Below are positions 39,854 to 48,505 of a DNA stretch of 64,000 bases, piece after piece. The translations under genes and the position numbers were made by a program. The stretch's first letter is position 1, and each line of letters begins with the position of its first letter. The stretch spans positions 2,739 through 66,738 of the forward strand of contig JBNKJW010000181.1 of NCBI GenBank assembly GCA_050291445.1, read 5' to 3'. The notes under the pieces were generated by a model. It was not told the DNA's origin, ran no database searches, and saw nothing but the letters and a program-made list of their open reading frames with translations. Source of the stretch: Bacteroidales bacterium. Its GTDB lineage: Bacteria; Bacteroidota; Bacteroidia; Bacteroidales; NBLH01.

Positions 39854-39878
39854 TAATAAACCAATTTCAAATTTTGTT

Positions 39879-40364
39879 ATGAAATCAATATCATTTGATT
39901 CAATTGTTCCGGAAAATGCAAAAATTTTAATTTTAGGAACTATGCCTGGAGTTAAATCACTGGAGGAGCACCAATATTATGCACATGAACGAAATGCCTT
40001 TTGGCCAGTGATGTTTGCAATCTTTGAAAGTAATTTTTTAACCGAATATTCAAGTAGAATTTCGCTACTGAAAAAAAATAAAGTTGCCCTTTGGGACACT
40101 TTAAAACTTTGCTACCGGGAGGGAAGTCTTGATTCAAATATAAAAGATGCAGAACCCAACGAAATTAACAAGCTCCTTGCCCAAAACCCATCAGTAAAAC
40201 ATGTGTTTTTTAATGGGAAAAGTGCCGAAAAATACTACAATAAATTTCATTCGAGAATCGAAGGAATCACTTACCATTCAATGCCTTCAACCAGTCCGGC
40301 TAATGCCAGGCTAAAGTTTGAGGATAAATTGAATGTATGGAAGATAGTAAAGGAACTGCTTTAA
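39879..40364 (+). CDS. DNA-deoxyinosine glycosylase (UDG superfamily)
   Basis: ILILGTMPG..SL...QYYAH.RNAFW, LWD, GSLDS, FFNG, MPSTSPANA; true start ATG 39879. Confidence 0.88.
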   Translation: MKSISFDSIVPENAKILILGTMPGVKSLEEHQYYAHERNAFWPVMFAIFESNFLTEYSSRISLLKKNKVALWDTLKLCYREGSLDSNIKDAEPNEINKLLAQNPSVKHVFFNGKSAEKYYNKFHSRIEGITYHSMPSTSPANARLKFEDKLNVWKIVKELL

Positions 40365-40912
40365 ATATGCAATTCTCAGGAGGTGTTTTTAAGTTAAAAT
40401 ACCAGATATTACAAACTAATAATTATTGACAATTATAGTACAAAAGTATAAATAAATAATCAATAATAAACTTTTTTATATGATATTTTACAAAAATAAA
40501 TAAAACATTGAAAAAAGTACAAACCAAATAGAGTATTAATAATCAAAGAGTTACAACTTCAACACAAAAACTGACTCTAATACAGTTTTCAATTTCAACC
40601 TTATTTGGTGATAATATCCAAACCAATGGAAGAAAATCTCTAAAATTCCAAAAAACCAAAAAGCTGGAAGGTTAAAATGTTTATAAAACAGCTAATAACA
40701 CTTGAAAAAATCACCCCCATTAGGATCATGACTAAATTCCTATAATTCTCGCTTTTTTAAACAAAAATTTCGAAAAATGATTTTCGAACCACCATTCCAA
40801 CTGAATTACAGAAAAACCAACAATCTCAAAATCAGTACATTAAACAAACAAACCAACTTCATACTATTGTTAAAGTAAAACGAAGTAACTATCTTTGTAA
40901 AAAAACAAAAAA

Positions 40913-41134
40913 ATGGTATATACGATAAAAATAGACGACAGTTCAAAACAAGCTCAAAGCATCATAAACCTTTTGAATACTTTGGCCAAAGATTATGATT
41001 TTTTAAAGATTTTTGAAGAAGAAGATTATGGTTTATCACCAGAGCAGGAGGCAGAGTTGGATAGGCGTTATGAGCTCTTCCTAAAAAATCCGGAAAAAGG
41101 AAAATCATGGGAAGAAGTGAAAGCCAATCTTTAA
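40913..41134 (+). CDS. Putative addiction-module antitoxin
   Basis: LSPEQEAELDRR......GKSWEEVK motif; upstream of a ParE-like gene; TATCTTTG promoter at 40890. Confidence 0.8.
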   Translation: MVYTIKIDDSSKQAQSIINLLNTLAKDYDFLKIFEEEDYGLSPEQEAELDRRYELFLKNPEKGKSWEEVKANL

Positions 41135-41138
41135 CCAC

Positions 41139-41562
41139 ATGGAAAAAAAGAACAAAAACGAATTAATAATCTCTGAACTTGCAGAAAAAGCTCTTAAAGA
41201 AGCTAAAGATTATTATCAATCAAAACGTGATGGACTTGGTGATGAACTCATTGAAGAAGTTGAATTAACCCTTAGCAACATTGTTTCTAACCCGAAGCAA
41301 TACCCAATAGTTAAAAGGGATATAAGAAAAGGATTAGTTGATTGATTCCCATTTGTTATCTATTTTGTATTTAAAAACTGCATTGTTAATATTTTACCAA
41401 AATTCCATACTAGTGTCATGTCAAAGCTAATTTGTCAGGTGACAACACCTGACAAGTGCACCAGCCAGGTGTTGTCACCTGGCTAATTACCAGAAATATC
41501 AAATTTGACATGACACTAGCAGAAATCCAAAAATTTGGGAAAAAAGAAATAAAACAATTTAA
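41139..41562 (+). pseudogene. RelE/ParE-family toxin pseudogene (nonsense codon + MITE insertion)
   Basis: AEKALKEAKDYY....GLG..L..EV...L..I..NP.QYP; TGA at 41343; frame continues FPFVIYF...FHT|SRNPKIWEKR once the 41410-41519 insert is removed. Confidence 0.85.
41410..41519. mobile_element. Short MITE (same family as 39247-39540) inserted at CTAG
   Basis: ctagtgtcatgtcaaa...tttgacatgacactag; shares caggtgttgtcacctg and ctaattaccagaaatatcaaatttgac. Confidence 0.88.
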
Positions 41563-41704
41563 AGCGACCACAGTAAGAAGCGTAAAGAAATGTACCTCAG
41601 ATAATTAAATATTGCCCTCACAAGCACCTTATTTTCTTAAACCGCCAAACATCATAAGGTACTGACAATCAATAAATTAAATAAAAAAAGACTCGCTGTA
41701 AAGT

Positions 41705-42781
41705 CTACTTAATTTTAGACAAAAATAATTTACTAAACTTATCCAATTCATGTTCTAAATTGGGCGTAAAAATTCCTTTTCCAATGTTATTTTGTAGCTC
41801 TTTCCATGTCCAAAATTTGCCTTCGTCAATTTCTTCGGGCTGAACAATTATGTCGCCATTCTTTCTGGCAAAAAATACATGTGTCAACTCTTGTTCAATT
41901 TCACTTTCCCACACGTACTTTGTGATGTATTCAAACTGTAGGTTTTTTAGGCCTACCTCCTCCTCTACTTCACGTTTTAAGCCAGTTTCAAGGTCTTCGC
42001 CAAAGGCAATATGTCCGCCTACTGCAGTATCCCATTTTCCTGGCTGGATTTTTTTACTTGTTGACCGTTTTTGTAAAAACAAGCGCTTTTTCTCATCGTA
42101 AATATGCACATGAACCACAGGATGTAACAACTTGCTCCCATTGTGGCAAACTGATCGGGGCGCTTTGCCAATTACCCTTCCATCCTCCTCTACTAAAGGA
42201 AACCACTCCTCGCTAGCATACTTACTGGTTTTCAACTTATTACGCACTAATTCATAAACAAAATAAACTCCAAAAAGAAGGTAAAAAAGGCCCCCACTTA
42301 TGAACGCCCAGGCTTCTTTGCTCATAAAGTAAGCCGAATAAACTATCAACACAACATGCACCAGAAACAGCCAAAACATTACTTTAAGGCTTCGGGTAAA
42401 ATTTTGCATAGCAGCATCGTTAATTTCTATGCCTTTCATGTATCGTTGACTCATTTTTAATACAATATTTTGCTTTGAAAACGCTGAAATGCCAATTAAA
42501 GCACAAAAAATCAGCTCAAGTAACGCTGGTTTTAACAGAAAAAAGATATCATTTTCCAATAAAATAGAAACCCCACCCAGGATAACCAATAGTAAAGTAT
42601 CGCCAATTACAAACTTATCAATCCTCTTCTCTTTCAGGTAAATAACAACAAGCTCAACCAGACCAAACCCAATGGCAAACAGGATTCCAATCTCGGTTCC
42701 GAGGAAACTATCAACAATAATAAATACGATTAACGGCAAAAAGCCGGGAAGTAATTTTTTAAGTAAATCAGCTTTGTTCAT
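41705..42781 (-). CDS. IspZ/YciB-like membrane domain fused to an Idi-like NUDIX hydrolase
   Basis: LPLIVF, ~6 TM helices, FFLLKP, EAWAF; then LHPVVHVHI, LQKRS..K.IQPGKWDTAVGGH...GE......REVEEEVG. Confidence 0.82.
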   Translation of the reverse strand: MNKADLLKKLLPGFLPLIVFIIVDSFLGTEIGILFAIGFGLVELVVIYLKEKRIDKFVIGDTLLLVILGGVSILLENDIFFLLKPALLELIFCALIGISAFSKQNIVLKMSQRYMKGIEINDAAMQNFTRSLKVMFWLFLVHVVLIVYSAYFMSKEAWAFISGGLFYLLFGVYFVYELVRNKLKTSKYASEEWFPLVEEDGRVIGKAPRSVCHNGSKLLHPVVHVHIYDEKKRLFLQKRSTSKKIQPGKWDTAVGGHIAFGEDLETGLKREVEEEVGLKNLQFEYITKYVWESEIEQELTHVFFARKNGDIIVQPEEIDEGKFWTWKELQNNIGKGIFTPNLEHELDKFSKLFLSKIK

Positions 42782-42989
42782 TGATAGATAGATATTAGAT
42801 TTGAGATATTAGAAAATAGACATTACTGATATCAAAAAATTGAAAAGGCAAAGGTAATTGTTATTTAGAAACTGTAAACACCTCCAAAAAATTACTTTTC
42901 CAACTCTATTAACTACCTGAAAGTTAGTTTTTAGGGCTTTTTTTGGTATTTTTGCGTAAAGTTTAGTTGCAAAATATCATAAGATAAAA

Positions 42990-43958
42990 ATGGAAGGAAA
43001 AGATATACGAATTGTCTTTATGGGTACACCCGGTTTTGCTGTTGAAACGCTAAAAGCTTTGGTAGAAGCCGAATACAATGTGGTTGGCGTGATAACAGCA
43101 ACAGACAAACCCGCAGGAAGAGGACGAAAAATTCAGGAATCAGAAGTAAAAAAATATGCTGTAGAAAAAGGCTTAAAAGTGCTTCAACCCGAAAAACTAA
43201 AAGCCCCAGACTTCATCGAGGAACTAAAATCATTAAAAGCTGATTTACAAATAGTTGTGGCATTTAGAATGTTGCCCGAAATAGTGTGGCAAATGCCCAG
43301 AATAGGGACTTTCAACCTTCATGCATCACTCCTGCCCCAATACCGAGGTGCTGCCCCCATTAATTGGGCAGTAATAAATGGTGAAACAAGCACCGGGGTG
43401 ACCACTTTTTTAATTGATAAAGAAATTGACACCGGAAAAATTCTGTTACAAAAAGAAATCGAAATTTCAACAACGGACTCTGCCGGAAATCTACATGACA
43501 AAATGATGGTTGTTGGAGCAGAATTAGTAAAGGAAACGGTTGAATTGCTTTCTTCTGGCGATTTTAAGGCAAAACCACAGGAAAATTTGGTTAAAAAGAC
43601 AGAAGAATTAAAACCGGCTCCAAAAATCTTTAAAGAAGATTGCAAAATTGACTGGACTAAAGATGGCCTGCAAATATACAATTTCATTCGGGGGCTGAGT
43701 CCATTTCCCTCCGCATGGACCTATCTTGTCAATAAAGAAACAGGCAAAAAACTCAATTTAAAGGTGTTTGAAACAGAATTTAAGACCGAAGCACACAATA
43801 ACCCGCCAGGCAGCCTTAAAACGGATAAAAACAACATTTTTGTTGCAGTAAAAGGAGGTTTTTTATCATTAAAAGTATTGCAAGTAGAAGGAAAAAAAAG
43901 ATTAAAAGCAGAAGATTTGCTAAGAGGGTATTCGTTTGATAATCAGTGGGTAGAGTGA
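42990..43958 (+). CDS. fmt: Methionyl-tRNA formyltransferase
   Basis: IVFMGTP.FA, DKPAGRG, NLHASLLPQYRGAAPI, DTG; TATTTTTG promoter at 42947. Confidence 0.97.
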   Translation: MEGKDIRIVFMGTPGFAVETLKALVEAEYNVVGVITATDKPAGRGRKIQESEVKKYAVEKGLKVLQPEKLKAPDFIEELKSLKADLQIVVAFRMLPEIVWQMPRIGTFNLHASLLPQYRGAAPINWAVINGETSTGVTTFLIDKEIDTGKILLQKEIEISTTDSAGNLHDKMMVVGAELVKETVELLSSGDFKAKPQENLVKKTEELKPAPKIFKEDCKIDWTKDGLQIYNFIRGLSPFPSAWTYLVNKETGKKLNLKVFETEFKTEAHNNPPGSLKTDKNNIFVAVKGGFLSLKVLQVEGKKRLKAEDLLRGYSFDNQWVE

Positions 43959-43959
43959 T

Positions 43960-44147
43960 GGAAGTGGCAGTGGAAAGTGGGCAGTGGGCAGTAGGCAGTG
44001 AGCAGTAACAAAAAACAAGTAGCTAGAAACCAGTAACCAGTAACCAGTAACCAGAAACAAGTAACCAGAAACCAGTAACCAGTAACAAGAAACCAGAAAC
44101 CAGTAACAAGAAACCAGTAACCAGAAACCAGAAACAAGTAACCAGAA
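43960..44147 (+). repeat. Tandem degenerate heptamer array (GGCAGTG then AAC(C/A)AG(T/A))
   Basis: Roughly 17 consecutive accagta/accagaa/acaagta units ending immediately before the cdd ATG. Confidence 0.9.
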
Positions 44148-44148
44148 T

Positions 44149-44637
44149 ATGATAAAAAAAACTATAACAACTACACTGACTGAATATGATTCAGTAAATG
44201 AACTGGATAAGATTGATCAGCAATTGGTTGAAGAGTGCAAGAAAGCAACAAAAAATGCTTATGCGCCTTACTCTAATTTTCATGTTGGGGCGGCTGTTTT
44301 GCTTGAAAATAATGAAATTATAAAAGGAAACAACCAGGAAAATGCTGCTTATCCTTCGGGTTTGTGTGCCGAAAGAGTGGCGCTATTTTATGCCAACTCA
44401 AAATTTCCTGATAAAAAAGTGAAAACCATTGCTATTTCGGCAAAATCGAAAGGAAAATTCACAAAATCACCTGTAGGCCCTTGTGGTTCTTGCAGACAGG
44501 TGATTCTTGAAACGGAAAACAGGTTTAAAAGTCCGATAAAAATCATTTTGTACAGCGAAGAAAAAATACAAGTAGTTGAAGATGCAAGTAGCTTATTACC
44601 AATCAGTTTTACGGAAGATTTTCTGAAAAGCACTTAG
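44149..44637 (+). CDS. cdd: Cytidine deaminase
   Basis: AYAPYSNFHVGAA, NQENAAYPSGLCAER, PCGSCRQ. Confidence 0.95.
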   Translation: MIKKTITTTLTEYDSVNELDKIDQQLVEECKKATKNAYAPYSNFHVGAAVLLENNEIIKGNNQENAAYPSGLCAERVALFYANSKFPDKKVKTIAISAKSKGKFTKSPVGPCGSCRQVILETENRFKSPIKIILYSEEKIQVVEDASSLLPISFTEDFLKST

Positions 44638-44777
44638 CAGTTAGCACTTAGAAAATAGAACCTTGAACTTTGAAACTCAATGTAATTGTATATTGGTCTA
44701 CTTGTGCATTAGTATATTAAAAAAATCACCTGCTTACTCAGAAATATACCAATTCACTATGTTCTAATATACTAATT

Positions 44778-45452
44778 TCAAATTTCTGATTCAAAAAACT
44801 TCCAAAGTGCATCCTCCGGCACATCTGCAATAAACTTTACAAGCTCTTTTTTAACTGGATGTTCAAATTCTAAATACCTGGCATGCAAATGGATACCTCC
44901 ATCCTTGTTTGACCTTGGGAAACCGTATTTCATATCACCCCTAATTTTGCACCCAATTGCCCCTAATTGCGCCCTAATTTGATGGTGTCTTCCGGTATGC
45001 AACTCAATTTCCAATAAAAAGTACTTATCTGATGATTTTAACAATTGATAAGTCAGTTTAGCCTCTTTGCTCCCACCCTCCTGACTATCAGAAACATATG
45101 ACTTATTTTGTTTTTCGTTTTTCTTCAGGAAATGGGTAATTGTATCAGTTTTCTTAGGTGGTGCTTTATCCACAACTGCCCAATACTTTTTAATGACTTT
45201 TTTCTCCTGAAACAACTTATTCATGCGCGCAAGGGCTTTAGAAGTACGTGCAAGGATAACCAGTCCACTTGTTGGTCTGTCAAGCCGGTGTACAAGCCCT
45301 AAAAATACCTCGCCAGGCTTGTTGTATTTTTCTTTAATGTAGGCCTTTACCTTGTCTATTAAGCTCTCATCGCCTGTTTTGTCGCCTTGCACCAGTTCCG
45401 AGCAGGCTTTATTGACAATGATTAGGTGGTTATCTTCGTAAACTATTTTCAT
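44778..45452 (-). CDS. RluA-family RNA pseudouridine synthase
   Basis: IVYEDNHLIIVNK, HRLDRPTSG, TGRHHQIR, GDMKYG, LHA; start MKIVYED at 45452. Confidence 0.93.
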   Translation of the reverse strand: MKIVYEDNHLIIVNKACSELVQGDKTGDESLIDKVKAYIKEKYNKPGEVFLGLVHRLDRPTSGLVILARTSKALARMNKLFQEKKVIKKYWAVVDKAPPKKTDTITHFLKKNEKQNKSYVSDSQEGGSKEAKLTYQLLKSSDKYFLLEIELHTGRHHQIRAQLGAIGCKIRGDMKYGFPRSNKDGGIHLHARYLEFEHPVKKELVKFIADVPEDALWKFFESEI

Positions 45453-45469
45453 AATTTTTCTAGCATACT

Positions 45470-46042
45470 GACAAGTCAAGACTTGTCCGATCTTCAATTA
45501 TTAAACCTATCTTCATCCCATCTGGCAGGATTATCTGAAATATATTTATATATCCTTTGAAATGATACTTCATCCCTTACGATATGATCGTGAAACGACC
45601 TATGCCACTTAAAATCCTTATTTCCCGCCAAATGAATCTTATTTGATGATGTGGTTTGGAATGCTCCCATTAATTCCGAAATGGATTTAATTTTTATTCT
45701 TTCATGCACGGACAGGTCGCGACCTGTCCCTTCGGAATCATTTATTTCACATAGAATATGCAAATGATTGGGCATCACTTTATAATTATGCATAATCAAA
45801 TAGGGATATCTTTCTACCAACCATTTTATTTGCTTATCTACAATTTCCCCATATTCGTTTAGATACATTTGGCTATTTTCAACTTTCCCAAAATGATGTA
45901 TCATATTTTTACAGCACAGTGTCAAAAAATATTTAGCATTGGATGAATAATCAAAATTGGGTTTACGATTTCGTTTGCGTTTCTTCATTTTAAATGAATA
46001 TTATCCCAACAAGGCTACAGTTACAGGCAGGTCGTGACCTGC
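45470..46042. repeat. Three REP palindromes associated with the RAYT
   Basis: gacaagtcaagacttgtc (45470-45487), ggacaggtcgcgacctgtcc (45710-45729, inside the ORF), gcaggtcgtgacctgc (46027-46042). Confidence 0.8.
45494..45988 (-). mobile_element. REP-associated tyrosine transposase (RAYT, IS200-like Y1 HUH)
   Basis: R...FDYS....YFLT.C, VMPNHLH (HUH), WHRSFHDHIVR, YI.DNP..W. Confidence 0.9.
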
Positions 46043-46045
46043 ACC

Positions 46046-48175
46046 CTATGCATCCTTCATTGATAACTGAATACGCTTTCGGGAAACATCAACTTCTAAC
46101 ACCTTGACCATTACATGCTGGTGCAATGACACTACATCAGCCGGATTGCTCACATACTCGTTTTTCAGGTGTGAAATATGCACCAGACCGTCTTGTTTTA
46201 CACCAATATCTACAAAAGCACCAAAATTAGTGATATTGGTAACAATTCCAGGAACCACCATTCCTGGCCTAACATCCTCAATGCTTCGTATGTTTGGATC
46301 AAACTCAAAAATTTTTATTTTGGTACGAGGATCGCGCCCCGGTTTTTCCAATTCATCAACAATATCCTTTAAAGTAGGGATACCAACCTTATCATCAACA
46401 TATTTTTCTAAGCGGACTCTCTTTTTTAGTTCTTTTTCCTGCATCAGCTCCTTTACCGATTTACCTAAATCTTTGGCTATTTTTTCAACCACCTTGTATG
46501 ATTCGGGGTGTACTGCGCTGTTATCCAAAGGATTATCGGCGTTTGAAATACGCAAAAAACCGGCAGCTTGCTCAAAAGCCTTGGCTCCCATCCGTTTCAC
46601 CTCTTTCAGCTGTTTTCTTGATTTAAAAGCACCGTTTTCAGCCCGGTAATCAACAATATTTTGAGCCAATTGAGGCCCTAAACCCGAAACGTAGGTCAGC
46701 AATTGCTTACTGGATGTATTTAAATCAACCCCAACAGAGTTTACGCAGCTTTCCACCACAGTATCCAAACTGGTTTGCAGCTTGTTTTGGTCTACATCGT
46801 GCTGGTATTGCCCCACTCCTATCGATTTGGGGTCAATTTTCACCAACTCGGCCAATGGATCCATCAACCTTCGGCCAATTGAAACCGCACCACGAACCGT
46901 AACATCATATTCAGGAAACTCTTCCCTGGCCACTGCCGAAGCCGAATAAATAGAAGCTCCTGCTTCGCTAACCACAAATACCAACACATCGCGGTCGAAT
47001 TTCACCACTCGCTTAATAAAGGTTTCCGTTTCGCGCCCAGCAGTTCCATTTCCTATGGCAATAGCGTCAATTTGATAAGACTGAACCAGTTGAGAAATCT
47101 TTTTCGAGGCCATTTTGGTTTCCGATTGTGGCGGATGTGGATAAATGGTTTCATTATGTAGCAAATTTCCTTGTGCATCAAGGCATACAACCTTACAACC
47201 CGTTCTGAAACCAGGATCAATTGCCAGCACACGTTTTTGACCAAGCGGTGAGCCTAAAAGCAACTGCCTAAGATTTTTAGCAAATACATTAATCGCCTCA
47301 TTATCAGCCTTTTCTTTAATCAAATTACGGTATTCGGTTTCAATAGAAGGTTTTAACAAACGCGAATAGGAATCTGTAATTGCCATAGAAATTTGCTCAG
47401 AACATCCATTATTGGCATGAATGTACTGCCTTTCCAGACGATATAACGCTTCCTCCTTATCCGGGGCAATATCGAGCTTTAAAAAGCCCTCTTTTTCGCC
47501 CCTGTACATAGCCAACACCCGATGCGAAGGGCTTTTATGCAAGGGTTCATTCCATTCGAAATAATCGCGGTATTTAGCTCCATCCTCCTCTTTTCCTTTC
47601 ACCATGCTGCTATGGATAATCGCTTCTTTGTCAAACAATCGCCTTATTGCATCCCTGGATTTCTGGCTTTCATTTACGTACTCAGCAATAATGTCCCTGG
47701 CCCCTTGCAAGGCCTCATCTGCCGAATCAACTTCATCATTCAAAAACTCTTCGGCTTTTAAATCAATATCAATATTTTTTTCTTGAAGGATAACTTTTGC
47801 CAGAGGTTCGAGTCCCTTTTCTTTTGCTTTTACAGCACGTGTTTTTCGCTTTTGCTTATAAGGTAAGTATAAGTCTTCGAGCTCGTTAAGTGTTTTTGCT
47901 GCCACTAACTGCGCTTTCAACTCATCGGTCATCTTTTCAGCTTTTTCAATAGCTGCTATTATGGTTTCGCGCCTTTGGTCAATTTCCAGTAGTTTTTCAT
48001 AACTTTTCTTTATATCGCCAATCTGCACTTCATCCAGTTGCCCGGTCATTTCTTTTCTATAGCGACTGATAAACGGAATGGTTGCCCCTTCGCTTAACAA
48101 AGTTAAAGTATTAATTACCTGGCGTTTTTGCAGGCTTAATTCTTTGGATATTAGATCAAAATATTTTTCTTCCAT
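46046..48175 (-). CDS. tex: Tex family RNA-binding transcriptional accessory protein
   Basis: GATIPFISRYRKE, DPGFRTGCK, EAGASIYSAS, KIDPKSIGVGQYQHD, C-terminal S1 domain; TATCTTTG promoter at 48389-48396 (-). Confidence 0.96.
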   Translation of the reverse strand: MEEKYFDLISKELSLQKRQVINTLTLLSEGATIPFISRYRKEMTGQLDEVQIGDIKKSYEKLLEIDQRRETIIAAIEKAEKMTDELKAQLVAAKTLNELEDLYLPYKQKRKTRAVKAKEKGLEPLAKVILQEKNIDIDLKAEEFLNDEVDSADEALQGARDIIAEYVNESQKSRDAIRRLFDKEAIIHSSMVKGKEEDGAKYRDYFEWNEPLHKSPSHRVLAMYRGEKEGFLKLDIAPDKEEALYRLERQYIHANNGCSEQISMAITDSYSRLLKPSIETEYRNLIKEKADNEAINVFAKNLRQLLLGSPLGQKRVLAIDPGFRTGCKVVCLDAQGNLLHNETIYPHPPQSETKMASKKISQLVQSYQIDAIAIGNGTAGRETETFIKRVVKFDRDVLVFVVSEAGASIYSASAVAREEFPEYDVTVRGAVSIGRRLMDPLAELVKIDPKSIGVGQYQHDVDQNKLQTSLDTVVESCVNSVGVDLNTSSKQLLTYVSGLGPQLAQNIVDYRAENGAFKSRKQLKEVKRMGAKAFEQAAGFLRISNADNPLDNSAVHPESYKVVEKIAKDLGKSVKELMQEKELKKRVRLEKYVDDKVGIPTLKDIVDELEKPGRDPRTKIKIFEFDPNIRSIEDVRPGMVVPGIVTNITNFGAFVDIGVKQDGLVHISHLKNEYVSNPADVVSLHQHVMVKVLEVDVSRKRIQLSMKDA

Positions 48176-48505
48176 TTACAACATGTTGAGAAATTAGAAA
48201 TTGGAAATTAGAACTTAGTTTGTGGCCTTGGTCACTTGTTTGTGCCAGCTGGTTTTGGGTTGCGGCCAGTTGAATGCTCAGGCCTGACCTCAACCATTTT
48301 TCATTTATTTAAACTTTGATCCTTATTCTTGCTTTTTCTTAGTTCTAATTTCAAATACACTAATTTCGAATTTCTAATATTAGGGTTGCAAAGATACTCA
48401 ATTCAGGAATATCTTTGGTTTGGTGTTTCAAAATACAGTTAAAAAATTATCAACAAAGTTAAAACACAAAAAAATTTTGTATCTTCGGTAGTAAAACTAC
48501 AAACA

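Noticed and set aside
41343-41345. TGA read-through or alternative genetic code in the toxin gene
   Set aside because: TGA terminates normal genes here (the NRDE gene, fmt), the expected residue is Arg, and the gene is also broken by a MITE.
43943-44137. 64 aa ORF (FLVTGYW repeats) on the - strand
   Set aside because: It is only the translation of the heptamer tandem array.
46104-46649. 181 aa antisense ORF, and similar shadow ORFs (53916-54404, 43319-43687, 34665-34889, many inside the adhesin gene)
   Set aside because: Antisense or out-of-frame to well-supported genes, with composition typical of shadow frames.
48220-48300. GC-richer segment in the tex leader as a riboswitch or leader peptide
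   Set aside because: No recognisable riboswitch consensus; the 21-codon ORF has no telling composition.
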